Of a stretch of 64,000 nt of DNA, positions 47,614 to 57,486 are shown in pieces. The stretch is from Eubacteriales bacterium (GTDB lineage Bacteria > Bacillota > Clostridia > Oscillospirales > CAG-272), in contig JAZUBT010000037.1 in the NCBI GenBank assembly GCA_045638685.1, forward strand, positions 34,483-98,482, given 5' to 3'. Position 1 is the first letter of the stretch. Each line of letters starts with the position of its first letter. Below the pieces are notes generated by a model. The model worked only from the letters and a program-made list of their open reading frames with translations. It had not been told where the DNA came from and ran no database searches. The position numbers and the translations under genes are program-made.

Positions 47614-48692
47614 TGAAATATTTTCTCGGAATTGATACGTCAAATTACAGAACCTCGGCGGCAATTTGCGACGAAAACGGAACGCCCGTTAAATCGGTAA
47701 GAAGGCTGCTGAGCGTTAAAGACGGGGAAAGAGGGCTTCGCCAAAGCGACGCGCTTTTTGCTCACGTAAAGGCACTCCCCGAGATAATGAAGGAGATAGG
47801 CTCCTTCCCTCTCCACGCGGTTGGTTACTCAAAAACGCCTCGCGACTGCGAGGGCTCTTATATGCCCTGCTTTTTAGCGGGAGAAGCTGTCGCGACGGGT
47901 ATTGCGGAGCTTCTCGGCGTTCCGCTCTATCCTTTTTCGCACCAAGCGGGACACCTCGCTGCGGCAATTTACTCATGTAATAAAACAAACCCGTCCGACG
48001 CGCAAAACGGCACTGAGCACGGAGGAAGCGACGCCGAACACGAAAAAACCGGTGCCGAACTTAAAAAACACGGTGCCGAACTTGATAAATATGACGCCGA
48101 ACAAAGAGAAAGCACCGGCGATACGGCGCTTTCAAAAAAGATTTCCGAAAGCGGTAAATTTATCGCGTTTCATTTAAGCGGCGGCACCACCGAGGCTCTC
48201 CTTTATGACAAAGGAAAAATAACCCTGCTTGGCGGAACGCTTGACATAAACGCGGGACAGCTTATCGACCGCGTCGGCGTTATGCTCGGACTGAAATTCC
48301 CCGCGGGCGAGGAGATGGAAAAGCTATCAAACGGCCTTGCGTTTTCAAAGGGACTTAAAATCTCGGTAAAGGGATTTGACTGTAATCTTGCCGGAGCGGA
48401 AAACATCGCGAAAAAGCTTTACGAAGCCACGGGCAGCAGAGAAATCACTGCGGCCTTTGCGATAGACACTGTTTGCAAAACCGTGGATAAAATGACGGAA
48501 AACATAATAAGTAAGCACCCGTCTCTCCCCGTGCTGTACGCAGGTGGAGTGATGGCTTGCAAAAGAATACAAAACGCGCTTAAAAATAAATACGACTGCT
48601 ATTTTGCCGAGCCCGAATATTCGGGCGACAACGCAGTCGGTACCGCGCGTCTTTGCAGAAGCGCCTTTTTATCAACTCATACAATCGGGTAG
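47613..48692 (+). CDS. Kae1/TsaD (M22 glycoprotease) family paralogue with an internal repeat insertion
   Basis: It has the ASKHA N-terminus FLGIDTSNYRTSAAI and an HxxxH-like motif (SHQAGHLAAA). The C-terminal GDNAVGTA is typical of the family. The start overlaps the nusB stop. Confidence 0.8.
   Translation: MKYFLGIDTSNYRTSAAICDENGTPVKSVRRLLSVKDGERGLRQSDALFAHVKALPEIMKEIGSFPLHAVGYSKTPRDCEGSYMPCFLAGEAVATGIAELLGVPLYPFSHQAGHLAAAIYSCNKTNPSDAQNGTEHGGSDAEHEKTGAELKKHGAELDKYDAEQRESTGDTALSKKISESGKFIAFHLSGGTTEALLYDKGKITLLGGTLDINAGQLIDRVGVMLGLKFPAGEEMEKLSNGLAFSKGLKISVKGFDCNLAGAENIAKKLYEATGSREITAAFAIDTVCKTVDKMTENIISKHPSLPVLYAGGVMACKRIQNALKNKYDCYFAEPEYSGDNAVGTARLCRSAFLSTHTIG
47976..48146. repeat. In-frame degenerate 24 bp (8 aa) repeat insertion in the Kae1/TsaD-like gene
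   Basis: The units are GSDAEHEK / TGAELKKH / GAELDKY / DAEQRES. The DNA repeats ggtgccgaactt. Confidence 0.75.
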
Positions 48693-48807
48693 GCAATTTT
48701 AATTCAGCCCCCTTGCCTCAAAAGAGTTTAGAACACACATCCGCACAGTAGCCTATGCTTTTATGCGGTAAATTTAATTAATACGCGCGTCCTACGGAGA
48801 AAAGAAA

Positions 48808-50070
48808 ATGACGGAATACTTTAATGAAAATATCATAGGTGTTACCGAGCTTAACGGCTACGTTAAGGAGGTCTTAGAGGCCATTCCGGTATTCCGCACC
48901 CTCAGAGTACGGGGCGAAATCTCCAATTTCAAGCACCACGTTCAGAGCGGTCATTTTTATTTTTCCTTAAAGGACGAGGGCTCCGTTATAAAAGCGGTGA
49001 TGTTCGCAAGAGACGCTCGCAGAATGAAATTTTTACCCGAAAGCGGAATGAAGGTTGTCGTTTGCGGCAGGCTTTCGGTTTACGAGCGGGACGGAAACTA
49101 TCAGCTTTACGTTACCGAAATGGAGGCTGACGGAAAGGGCGCGCTCTACGAGGCTTACGAAAAATTAAAGAAAAAGCTCGAAGACGAGGGACTTTTTTCG
49201 GACAGATATAAAAAGGAGCTTCCGAAATTCCCGAAAACCGTCGGTGTTATAACCTCGTCAACGGGGGCGGCGGTACGCGATATAATCAATATAACGGGCA
49301 GGCGTTATCCCCTTGCTAAAATTCTTATTTATCCCGCGCTCGTTCAAGGCGAGGGCGCGGCGCGCTCACTTATTAACGGAGTTAAGTGCTTTACCGAAAC
49401 CGTGCGCCCCGACGTTGCCATTATAGGCAGAGGGGGAGGATCGATCGAGGACTTATGGGCGTTTAATAACGAGGAGCTTGCAAGAACGATAGCTGCATCC
49501 GATATACCGTTTATCTCGGCGGTAGGCCACGAAACCGACTTTACAATATGCGATTTCGTCTGTTCAATGCGGGCACCTACGCCGTCGGGCGCGGCTGAAA
49601 TTGCGGTTCCCGATATTACTGAGCTTCGGGGGAGACTTACCGCTCTTAACGGAGAGATAAGCGGCACGGTAATAAGAAAGCTTGAAGGCTTAAAGGAAAA
49701 AATAACCGAAATAGAAAAAAAGAGGGTTATTTCTTCCCCCTACGGCTTTATTGACGAAAGACGCAGAGATCTTGATGCCGTTATAGACAGACTTGAAAGC
49801 GGCAGTAGGCTTATTCTCAGCGAAAATCGGGAAAAATTTATGACACTCAGCGGAAAGCTTAACGCATTAAGTCCGCTCGCGGTTTTAACAAGAGGATACG
49901 GAGCCGTTTATTCGTCGGACGGAAAAAAGGTTATAACCGATGCTCGGTCCGTTTCGATCGGAGACGCTATTAAGCTGCGTATGTCGGACGGAGAGGTTTA
50001 CGCGGAGGCTACCGAGGTAAAACAATTTAAAGACGGTAGTTCAGATAAAACAGTTAGCGATAAAAGATAA
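48808..50070 (+). CDS. xseA: Exodeoxyribonuclease VII large subunit
   Basis: It has an OB-fold N-terminus (VRGEISNFKHHVQSGHFYFSLKD), the catalytic region GRGGGSIEDLWAFN and HETD. Confidence 0.95.
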   Translation: MTEYFNENIIGVTELNGYVKEVLEAIPVFRTLRVRGEISNFKHHVQSGHFYFSLKDEGSVIKAVMFARDARRMKFLPESGMKVVVCGRLSVYERDGNYQLYVTEMEADGKGALYEAYEKLKKKLEDEGLFSDRYKKELPKFPKTVGVITSSTGAAVRDIINITGRRYPLAKILIYPALVQGEGAARSLINGVKCFTETVRPDVAIIGRGGGSIEDLWAFNNEELARTIAASDIPFISAVGHETDFTICDFVCSMRAPTPSGAAEIAVPDITELRGRLTALNGEISGTVIRKLEGLKEKITEIEKKRVISSPYGFIDERRRDLDAVIDRLESGSRLILSENREKFMTLSGKLNALSPLAVLTRGYGAVYSSDGKKVITDARSVSIGDAIKLRMSDGEVYAEATEVKQFKDGSSDKTVSDKR

Positions 50071-50097
50071 ACAAAGAAAAAACAGAGGTTAGGTCAG

Positions 50098-50331
50098 ATG
50101 GCAGATAAAGAAAACGTATCTTTTGAACAGGCGATAGAAAGACTTGCAGAGCTTGTCGGACTTCTTGAAAACGGAAAGGCTCCGCTAGACAGATCCCTTG
50201 AAATATTTGAAGAGGGCGTACATCTTATAGGAATATGCAAAAAGCAGCTCGAAAACGCCGAACAAAAGGTAAAGCTTTTAATAGAAAAACAGGACGGAAG
50301 CGTAGATGAAGCAGATTTTGACGAAAATTAA
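50098..50331 (+). CDS. xseB: Exodeoxyribonuclease VII small subunit
   Basis: It is 77 aa, with FEQAIERLAELVGLLENGKAPLDRSLEIFEEG, and directly follows xseA. Confidence 0.93.
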   Translation: MADKENVSFEQAIERLAELVGLLENGKAPLDRSLEIFEEGVHLIGICKKQLENAEQKVKLLIEKQDGSVDEADFDEN

Positions 50332-51148
50332 CGAAGGCGCGGCATTGGTCGAGGCAGAAATAAACCGTATTCTCTCGTCGCGCGACGAAAGCTACGGAGT
50401 TCTTTATGACTCGATGCTTTATTCGGCGCAGGGCGGCGGCAAAAGAATCCGTCCGTTTCTGACGCTTGAGTTTTGTAAAATACTCGGCGGAAACGAAAGC
50501 GCGGCGCTACCTCTTGCCGCGGCGGTAGAGCTTATACACACCTATTCGCTTATACACGACGACCTTCCCTGTATGGATAACGACGACGTAAGACGCGGAA
50601 AGCCGTCAAACCACAAAGCCTTCGGAGAGGCAACGGCTCTCCTTGCGGGAGACGCGCTTTTAACCCTCGCCTTTGAAACGGTATGTAACTGCACCGAGCT
50701 TTCGGCGGAAAACAGACTGAAAGCGGTAAAGCTTCTCGCGGAAAAATCCGGGGTACGGGGTATGATAGGCGGCCAGCAGCTTGACCTTGCAGGTGAAACG
50801 GAAAGGCTGCAAAAGGATACTCATTTAAAAATGAATCTGCTTAAGACAGGCGCGCTTATAAAAGCGGCGGCGCTTCTCGGCTGCATCGCGGCAGACGCTG
50901 ACGAAGCGTCCTTTGAAACGGCGGACGAGTACGCGGAAAATCTCGGACTTGCGTTTCAGGTTACCGACGATCTCTTGGACGACGGCGAGGAGGACGAAAA
51001 AACCACCTTTTTAACCTTTATGACCGTGAACGAGGCAAGGCAGTATGCTGACGCTCTTACGGAAAAAGCGGTAAAAGCGATAAGCGGTCTTAAAAATAAC
51101 GAAACTCTTACCGATCTTGCCTACTATCTTGCTAAAAGAACGGTATGA
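50306..51148 (+). CDS. ispA: Polyprenyl (farnesyl/geranyl) diphosphate synthase
   Basis: The two DDxxD motifs are present: LIHDDLPCMDNDDVRRGKP and FQVTDDLLD. Confidence 0.92.
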   Translation: MKQILTKINEGAALVEAEINRILSSRDESYGVLYDSMLYSAQGGGKRIRPFLTLEFCKILGGNESAALPLAAAVELIHTYSLIHDDLPCMDNDDVRRGKPSNHKAFGEATALLAGDALLTLAFETVCNCTELSAENRLKAVKLLAEKSGVRGMIGGQQLDLAGETERLQKDTHLKMNLLKTGALIKAAALLGCIAADADEASFETADEYAENLGLAFQVTDDLLDDGEEDEKTTFLTFMTVNEARQYADALTEKAVKAISGLKNNETLTDLAYYLAKRTV

Positions 51149-51921
51149 GAGCGGATTTGTATTTAACCGTTAATGCTCTTTCTGAAAGCCGCGCAAAAGC
51201 AAAGCGCTCCATCGAGGAGGGCAGACTTTTCGTTAACGGAAAAAACGTAACGAAATGCTCCGCTGAAATTTCGGACACCGATAAGGTGGAGCTTCGGGGC
51301 GAGGAAATGCCCTTCGTCAGTCGCGGCGGACTTAAGCTTCTCGGAGCTATAAACACATTTGGACTTAACGTAAGCGGTCTTACCGCGGTAGATATAGGCG
51401 CATCGACGGGCGGCTTTACCGACTGCCTTCTTCAGCACGGAGCAAAAAAGGTTTACGCCGTTGACTGCGGAACAGAGCAGCTCCACAAAAAACTGAGGGA
51501 CGACGAAAGAGTCGTAAGCATAGAGGGGTTTAACGCGCGAGCGCTTACCGAAAAAACGCTTGGAGAAAAATGCGACGTAGCGGTAATGGACGTAAGCTTT
51601 ATTTCGCAAACGCTTTTATACGGAGCGGTAAAAACCACGGTAAAGGACGGGGGACTTTTCGTTTCTCTGATAAAGCCGCAGTTTGAGGCGGGCAGAAGCG
51701 CTATCGGTCGCGGCGGTATAGTTAAGGACAAAAAAACTCATATAAGCGTTATAAAATCGGTTTTAAAAAAAGCCGAGGAGTCGGGACTTTACGTTCACGG
51801 TCTTGCCGTTTCCCCGATAGAGGGCGGAGACGGAAACACCGAATATCTGGCGCTCTTTAAGAACGGCGCACCGTCCGATTTTCTCATTACCGACACGCTT
51901 ATAAATGATATTATAAATTAA
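51145..51921 (+). CDS. tlyA: TlyA family rRNA 2'-O-methyltransferase
   Basis: It has an S4-like N-terminus, the motifs FVSRGGLKL and DIGASTGGFTDCLL, and the motif DVSFIS. Confidence 0.92.
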   Translation: MRADLYLTVNALSESRAKAKRSIEEGRLFVNGKNVTKCSAEISDTDKVELRGEEMPFVSRGGLKLLGAINTFGLNVSGLTAVDIGASTGGFTDCLLQHGAKKVYAVDCGTEQLHKKLRDDERVVSIEGFNARALTEKTLGEKCDVAVMDVSFISQTLLYGAVKTTVKDGGLFVSLIKPQFEAGRSAIGRGGIVKDKKTHISVIKSVLKKAEESGLYVHGLAVSPIEGGDGNTEYLALFKNGAPSDFLITDTLINDIIN

Positions 51922-51953
51922 AAGCTAAAATCTGACTGAAAGGACAGCTTATA

Positions 51954-52718
51954 ATGCGCAGTGTTTACATTTTTATCGGTGAAAACAAGGACGTTGACGG
52001 AAAATACAGACGCCTTCTTGCCGAAAAGGCGGAGGGGTACGGTGTTAAAATTGTCGATACGCCCGAAAAAGCGGATGCAATAGCGGTTCTCGGCGGAGAC
52101 GGAACCATTCTCCGCGCCACCCCTACGGCGCTTAAATACGATATTCCGGTAATCGGATTAAATCTCGGACGGATAGGATATATGGCGGAGCTTGATGCCA
52201 CCGAGGATGCGCTTATCTCGGATTTTTTTAGCGGAAGCTTCTTTGAGGAAAAGCGAATGACTCTCTCGGTAGAGGTCGAAGGCGTAACATATACCGCGCT
52301 TAACGACGCGGTTCTTCACGCCCGCTCAACACATATGATAAAATTCTGCCTGTGCTGTAACGGAAACCCTGTCAATACATATCGCGGAGACGGTCTCATA
52401 TTCGCAACCCCTACCGGCTCCACCGCATATTCGATGTCGGCAGGCGGCCCCGTTATTGATCCGACTCTTGAATGTATTGAAATCACGCCGATATGCACAC
52501 AGTCTCTTATGTCGAGACCGCTAATCTTCGCGCCGAGCAGCACGCTTTCCGTATCACTGGATTCCGACGACTGCATCATAACGGTTGACGGCGGAAGAGC
52601 GATAGAGCTTAAAGCAGGCACCGAAATAAAAATAGCAAAGGGCGAGCGGGCGCTCCGTATGATAAAGCTGAAAAAAGACGGCTTTTACGGAGTTTTAAGA
52701 CGTAAATTTTCAGAATAA
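51954..52718 (+). CDS. nadK: NAD kinase
   Basis: The motifs GGDGTILRA, NLGRIGYM, NDAV and ATPTGSTAYSMSAGGP are present. Confidence 0.92.
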   Translation: MRSVYIFIGENKDVDGKYRRLLAEKAEGYGVKIVDTPEKADAIAVLGGDGTILRATPTALKYDIPVIGLNLGRIGYMAELDATEDALISDFFSGSFFEEKRMTLSVEVEGVTYTALNDAVLHARSTHMIKFCLCCNGNPVNTYRGDGLIFATPTGSTAYSMSAGGPVIDPTLECIEITPICTQSLMSRPLIFAPSSTLSVSLDSDDCIITVDGGRAIELKAGTEIKIAKGERALRMIKLKKDGFYGVLRRKFSE

Positions 52719-52763
52719 GAGCATATAGCATAAAGAATGAAAGTAACAAGGGAGACGACTTAA

Positions 52764-53219
52764 ATGAAACACGCAAGACAGGAAAAGATACTTCAGATAA
52801 TAAACGAAAACACGGTTGAAACACAGGAGCAGCTTATAGAAAAGCTTTTGGAGGCAGGCTTTAACGTTACGCAGGCAACGGTGTCAAGAGACGTACGCGA
52901 GCTTAAGCTTACCAAAATATCCTGTGGCTTCGGTGTGTATAAATACGTCGTATCAAGCAGAGACAGCCACGCCCACTCGGCTAAATTTTTAAATATGCTT
53001 AAGGAAATGGTAACGGGAGTTGACCACGCAGGAAACCTCGTTGTAGTAAAAACCTTTCCCGGAATGGCGCAGGCGGCTGCGGCGGCACTTGACAGCATGG
53101 AATACCCCGAGATAATAGGAAGCATCGCGGGAGACGATACCGTAATGCTCGTTATTCGTTCTGCTGAGGCAACGAGAGCCTTTTCGCTTGAGCTTTCGGG
53201 ACTTATAAACCTTAAATAA
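52764..53219 (+). CDS. argR: Arginine repressor
   Basis: It has a winged-helix N-terminus (TQEQLIEKLLEAGFNVTQATVSRD) and the C-terminal GTIAGDDT-like motif GSIAGDDTV. Confidence 0.93.
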   Translation: MKHARQEKILQIINENTVETQEQLIEKLLEAGFNVTQATVSRDVRELKLTKISCGFGVYKYVVSSRDSHAHSAKFLNMLKEMVTGVDHAGNLVVVKTFPGMAQAAAAALDSMEYPEIIGSIAGDDTVMLVIRSAEATRAFSLELSGLINLK

Positions 53220-53275
53220 ATCCAAAACAAAAACAGTAAAAGTTACTTAAAAACCGATAAGGCGGTGTAAAAACC

Positions 53276-54964
53276 TTGATAACAGAACTTCATATTGAAA
53301 ATATTGCCGTAATCAAAAGGCTTACCGTTGATTTCAAAAACGGCTTTTCAGTTCTCACGGGTGAAACCGGAGCGGGAAAGTCAATTATAATCGACTCGGT
53401 AAACCTGCTTCTCGGAGCGAGAAGTGCAAAGGAGCTTGTGCGCTCCGGAGAAAGCTCGGCGCTCGTTTCAGCCTGTTTTTCAGAGCTGCCTGACAGCGTA
53501 TTAACGGAGCTTTCCGCGCTTGATGTCTTTCCCGAGGAGGACGGCTCCCTCTATCTTCAGAGAACCCTTTCGTCGGACGGCAAGGCATCGGCAAAGCTTA
53601 ACGGCAGAAGCGTCCCTGTATCTCTTTTAAAGGAAATCGGCGCCTTGCTGATAAATATACACGGTCAGCACGACAGCCAGAAGCTTCTTACACCGGAAAA
53701 GCATATTGATTTTCTCGACGCATACGCGGGCACGGAGCCGCTTTTAAACGATTACTCCGTTAAATACGGCGAGCTGCTTGAAATAAGAAAGAGACTCCGC
53801 CAAAGCACAAAGAGTGAAAGCGAGATAGAAGAGCGCACCGAAACGCTTAACCGCCAGATAGCCGAAATTGAGTCTGCAAAGCTTAAGGCGGGCGAACAAA
53901 GCTCGCTTCTTACAAAGCTTGAGAATATAAAAAATATAGAAAAAATTTCAAGATACACTTCGGAAATAGAGCGCAGCCTTACAGACGGAGACGCCTCTGC
54001 GTGCGAGCTTGTTTCAAAAGCAAAGGACGCGGTTCTTCACCTTACCAATCAGCTTGAAAACGCGGATAAGATAGCAGAAAGACTTGACTACTGCCTTTGT
54101 GAGCTGAAGGATATAGCAGAAAGCGCGGCGGCACTAACCGACTGGGATCTTACCGATCCGGAAGCGGAGCTTGACCGTATAGAAACGAGACTCGATTTAA
54201 TATCAAGGCTTGAAAGAAAATACGCCCCCGATATAGAGGGAATTTTAGAATACAAGGAAAACGCCAAAAAGGAGCTTCTGCTTTTAAAAAGCAACGGCGA
54301 GACGGTCGAAAAGCTGAAAAAGGAGCTTGTGTCAAAGGCGAGGGAAGCGGCGGCGGCGGCGGACAAGATAACCGAGCTTAGAAAAAAAGCCGCGACAAGA
54401 CTTTCAAAGGAAATAACCGAGCAGCTTCACTATCTTGATCTTGAAAAGACGGTGTTCGAGGTTTCGGTAACCGATATAAGCGGAGAGGACGGAAAAAAAC
54501 GCTTTTCCCAAAACGGCTGCGACAGCGTGGAGTTTCTTATTTCAACCAACCCCGGAGAGCCACTTAAGGCGCTTTCGAAGGTTGCCTCGGGCGGTGAGCT
54601 TTCAAGAGTAATGCTCGCGCTTAAGAGTGTGCTTGCCGACAGCGACGGCGTTCAGACGTTAATCTTCGACGAAATAGACGCCGGTGTTTCGGGAAAGACC
54701 TCAGAAAAAATCGGAATTCGACTCGGCGGTCTTTCAAAGGCTGTGCAGGTATTATGTATAACCCACTCCGCACAGATTGCCGCTTATGCGGATACCCATT
54801 ATAAGATAATTAAAGCCGAGAAGGACGGACGCTCGGAAACCTCGGTAAAGGAGCTTGGCAGAGAGGAACGGATTAGCGAGCTTTCCCGTATAATGGGTGG
54901 TATAAGCATTACAGAGACAGTAAGAAAAACAGCGGACGAAATGCTCTCGTCGGCGGGAAAATAA
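53276..54964 (+). CDS. recN: DNA repair protein RecN
   Basis: It uses a TTG start. It has Walker A (GETGAGKS), a long coiled coil, the signature SGGELSR and Walker B (LIFDEID). Confidence 0.95.
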   Translation: MITELHIENIAVIKRLTVDFKNGFSVLTGETGAGKSIIIDSVNLLLGARSAKELVRSGESSALVSACFSELPDSVLTELSALDVFPEEDGSLYLQRTLSSDGKASAKLNGRSVPVSLLKEIGALLINIHGQHDSQKLLTPEKHIDFLDAYAGTEPLLNDYSVKYGELLEIRKRLRQSTKSESEIEERTETLNRQIAEIESAKLKAGEQSSLLTKLENIKNIEKISRYTSEIERSLTDGDASACELVSKAKDAVLHLTNQLENADKIAERLDYCLCELKDIAESAAALTDWDLTDPEAELDRIETRLDLISRLERKYAPDIEGILEYKENAKKELLLLKSNGETVEKLKKELVSKAREAAAAADKITELRKKAATRLSKEITEQLHYLDLEKTVFEVSVTDISGEDGKKRFSQNGCDSVEFLISTNPGEPLKALSKVASGGELSRVMLALKSVLADSDGVQTLIFDEIDAGVSGKTSEKIGIRLGGLSKAVQVLCITHSAQIAAYADTHYKIIKAEKDGRSETSVKELGREERISELSRIMGGISITETVRKTADEMLSSAGK

Positions 54965-55085
54965 AATCCGTCAAGGCTCTTTCGCTTTTAAAAACAGAAA
55001 ATTTCACACTAAGAGATTTTATTTTCAGAGCGCACATAAAAATTAAGTTAAAAATAATATTTATATAACAAAATGGAGAAAAACA

Positions 55086-56309
55086 ATGGGACTTTACAAA
55101 GAGTTTGAAGAAAGAGGAATGATTGCCCAGGCAACTAACCCTGAGGCTATCGAAAAATTACTTGACAGCGAGAAGGTTACCTTTTATATAGGCTTTGACC
55201 CGACTGCGGACAGCCTTCACGTAGGACATTTTCTGCAGATGAAAATTATGGCTCATATGCAGCAGCACGGACATCACCCCATCGCGCTTTTCGGCGGCGG
55301 TACGGGAATGATAGGAGACCCTTCGGGAAAAAGCGATATGCGCAAAATGATGACGAAGGAAACCATTGCGCACAATATCGAGTGCTTCAAGGCACAGATG
55401 TCTAAATTCATCGACGTCTCAGACGGAAAGGCCACCTTTGTAAACAACGGAGATTGGCTCCTCGATATGAATTACATCGACTTTTTACGCGACATCGGTG
55501 TTCATTTCTCTGTAAACCGTATGCTCTCTGCAGAGTGCTACAAGGCAAGACTCGAAAGAGGTCTTACCTTCCTTGAATTCAACTATATGCTCATGCAAAG
55601 CTACGACTTCTACAAGCTTAACGAAGACTTCGGCTGTCGGCTTGAGTTCGGCGGAGACGACCAGTGGTCTAACATCATAGGCGGCGTTGAGCTTATCCGC
55701 CGTAAGACGGGTAAGGAGGCTTACGGTCTTACCTTCACCCTTCTTACCAACAGCGAGGGCAAAAAGATGGGTAAAACCGAAAAGGGCGCCGTTTGGCTAG
55801 ATCCCGAAAAAACACCCCCGTATGAATTTTTCCAGTATTGGAGAAACGTAGGCGACGCCGACGTTATAAAATGCTTAAAGCTTCTCACCTTCTTACCTAT
55901 GGAGAAGATAAGAGAATACGAAAAGCTGGAGGGCTCCGAAATCAATAAGGCAAAAGAGGTTCTTGCTTACGAGGTAACAAAGCTTATCCACGGCGAGGAA
56001 GAAGCAGAAAAGGCGCTTAACGCCGCAAGAGCGGTATTCGGAGCGGGAACCGCGTCTGCGGATATGCCCACGACCGAGATTTCGGCAGACGCCTTTGCCG
56101 ACGGTAAAATAAGCGTTGTTGACCTTATGCTTTTAAGTAAGCTCGCCGCATCTAAAGGAGAGGCAAGACGCCTTATAACTCAGGGCGGTATCACCCTTAA
56201 CGACGAAAAGGTAACCGACATAGCCGCCGCTGTTGACAAGGCAGTATTCGAAAATCCCGTAATTATCAAAAAGGGTAAAAAGGTTTTCCATAAGTTCGAT
56301 TTAGTTTAA
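55086..56309 (+). CDS. tyrS: Tyrosine--tRNA ligase
   Basis: The class I HIGH motif (LHVGH) and KMSKS-like motif (KMGKT) are present, along with a C-terminal S4 domain. Confidence 0.96.
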   Translation: MGLYKEFEERGMIAQATNPEAIEKLLDSEKVTFYIGFDPTADSLHVGHFLQMKIMAHMQQHGHHPIALFGGGTGMIGDPSGKSDMRKMMTKETIAHNIECFKAQMSKFIDVSDGKATFVNNGDWLLDMNYIDFLRDIGVHFSVNRMLSAECYKARLERGLTFLEFNYMLMQSYDFYKLNEDFGCRLEFGGDDQWSNIIGGVELIRRKTGKEAYGLTFTLLTNSEGKKMGKTEKGAVWLDPEKTPPYEFFQYWRNVGDADVIKCLKLLTFLPMEKIREYEKLEGSEINKAKEVLAYEVTKLIHGEEEAEKALNAARAVFGAGTASADMPTTEISADAFADGKISVVDLMLLSKLAASKGEARRLITQGGITLNDEKVTDIAAAVDKAVFENPVIIKKGKKVFHKFDLV

Positions 56310-56440
56310 TTTAAATTAGCCTTAGTTTACCTATTCTCCCCTCTTAAACGACAAGGGGTATCTTATAACCAACAACCTGCCACAGGCAGATGTAACTCAT
56401 AACTTGCCATAGGTAATCATAACTCAAAAACGGGGTACTT

Positions 56441-57412
56441 ATGAAAAAAGACTTTTGTTTCTTTCTTAAGGACGCCCAAAATAAAGGTTGTTTAAATTAC
56501 CTTGAAAACCTTAGTCTTTCGTCGGTATCCTCGATAGGCACCGGCGGAACAGCGCGCTTTTTCGTTACCCCCTATACCGCAGACGCGTTAATAAAAACGG
56601 TAGATGCGGCAAAAAAGCACGGGGTGCGCTTCACCGTTATCGGCAACGCCACGAATATCCTCTTTCCCGACGGCAAGTTCGACGGAGCGATAATTTCAAC
56701 GAGGAAAATCTGCGGCGTTTCGGTAAGAGACGGACTTATATACGCCGATTGCGGCACACCCCTACCCTCTCTTTCAAAGGCTGCGCTTGAAAACGCATTT
56801 ACCGGCTTTGAGGGGCTTGTATCAATTCCCGCTACGGTAGGCGGCGCCTTAGTCTCAAACGCGGGCGCATACGGGTGCGAAATCTCAGATAACCTCATCT
56901 CATTTTCGGTTTATCTTCCCGAAAGCGGAAGGCTTGAAACACGACTACCGAAGGACTTTCCGTTTTCCTACCGCTTAAGCTGTGCGACCGACGGAGGGGC
57001 CATCATTCTTTCCGCCGTTTTTGAGGGAAGGACTGCTGCGCGGAGCGAAATATCGAAAAGAATGTCGGAAAACAAAGAAAAAAGAAAAAACACGCAGCCA
57101 TCGGGAGTTAAAAGCGTGGGTAGCTTTTTTAGGAAGCCCGACTACGTTACTTTAAATAAAAACGTTCCGCCCCCCTACTACGGAAAGAGCGCGGGTGAGC
57201 TTATCGACATCTGCGGCCTTAAAGGAGCAGCGGTAGGCGGCGCGTGCGTTTCGGAAAAACACGCGGGCTTTCTCATAAATCAAGGTGGCGCTACGACAGA
57301 CGACTTTTTAAAGCTCTCAGGCGAAATAAAAGCCACTGTTTTTGAAAAAACAGGCGTGCGTCTCGCCGAGGAATGCGTAATACTGCCGTCCATAAACAAA
57401 AAAACGGAATAG
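56441..57412 (+). CDS. murB: UDP-N-acetylmuramate dehydrogenase
   Basis: It has FAD-binding motifs (GTGGTARFF, GNATNILF) and the C-terminal GSFFRKP...SAGELID...VSEKHAGFLIN. Confidence 0.9.
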   Translation: MKKDFCFFLKDAQNKGCLNYLENLSLSSVSSIGTGGTARFFVTPYTADALIKTVDAAKKHGVRFTVIGNATNILFPDGKFDGAIISTRKICGVSVRDGLIYADCGTPLPSLSKAALENAFTGFEGLVSIPATVGGALVSNAGAYGCEISDNLISFSVYLPESGRLETRLPKDFPFSYRLSCATDGGAIILSAVFEGRTAARSEISKRMSENKEKRKNTQPSGVKSVGSFFRKPDYVTLNKNVPPPYYGKSAGELIDICGLKGAAVGGACVSEKHAGFLINQGGATTDDFLKLSGEIKATVFEKTGVRLAEECVILPSINKKTE

Positions 57413-57486
57413 ACTGTCTTTTTTTCTGAAAACACAGAAGATTAATATAAATTTTTACGTTGCTATAAAGCGGAAAGGAATTTTAA

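Noticed and set aside
54965-55085. T-box leader upstream of tyrS
   Set aside because: The intergenic region is only about 120 nt and AT-rich. It has no T-box sequence (AGGGUGGNACCGCG-like) and no terminator/antiterminator pair.
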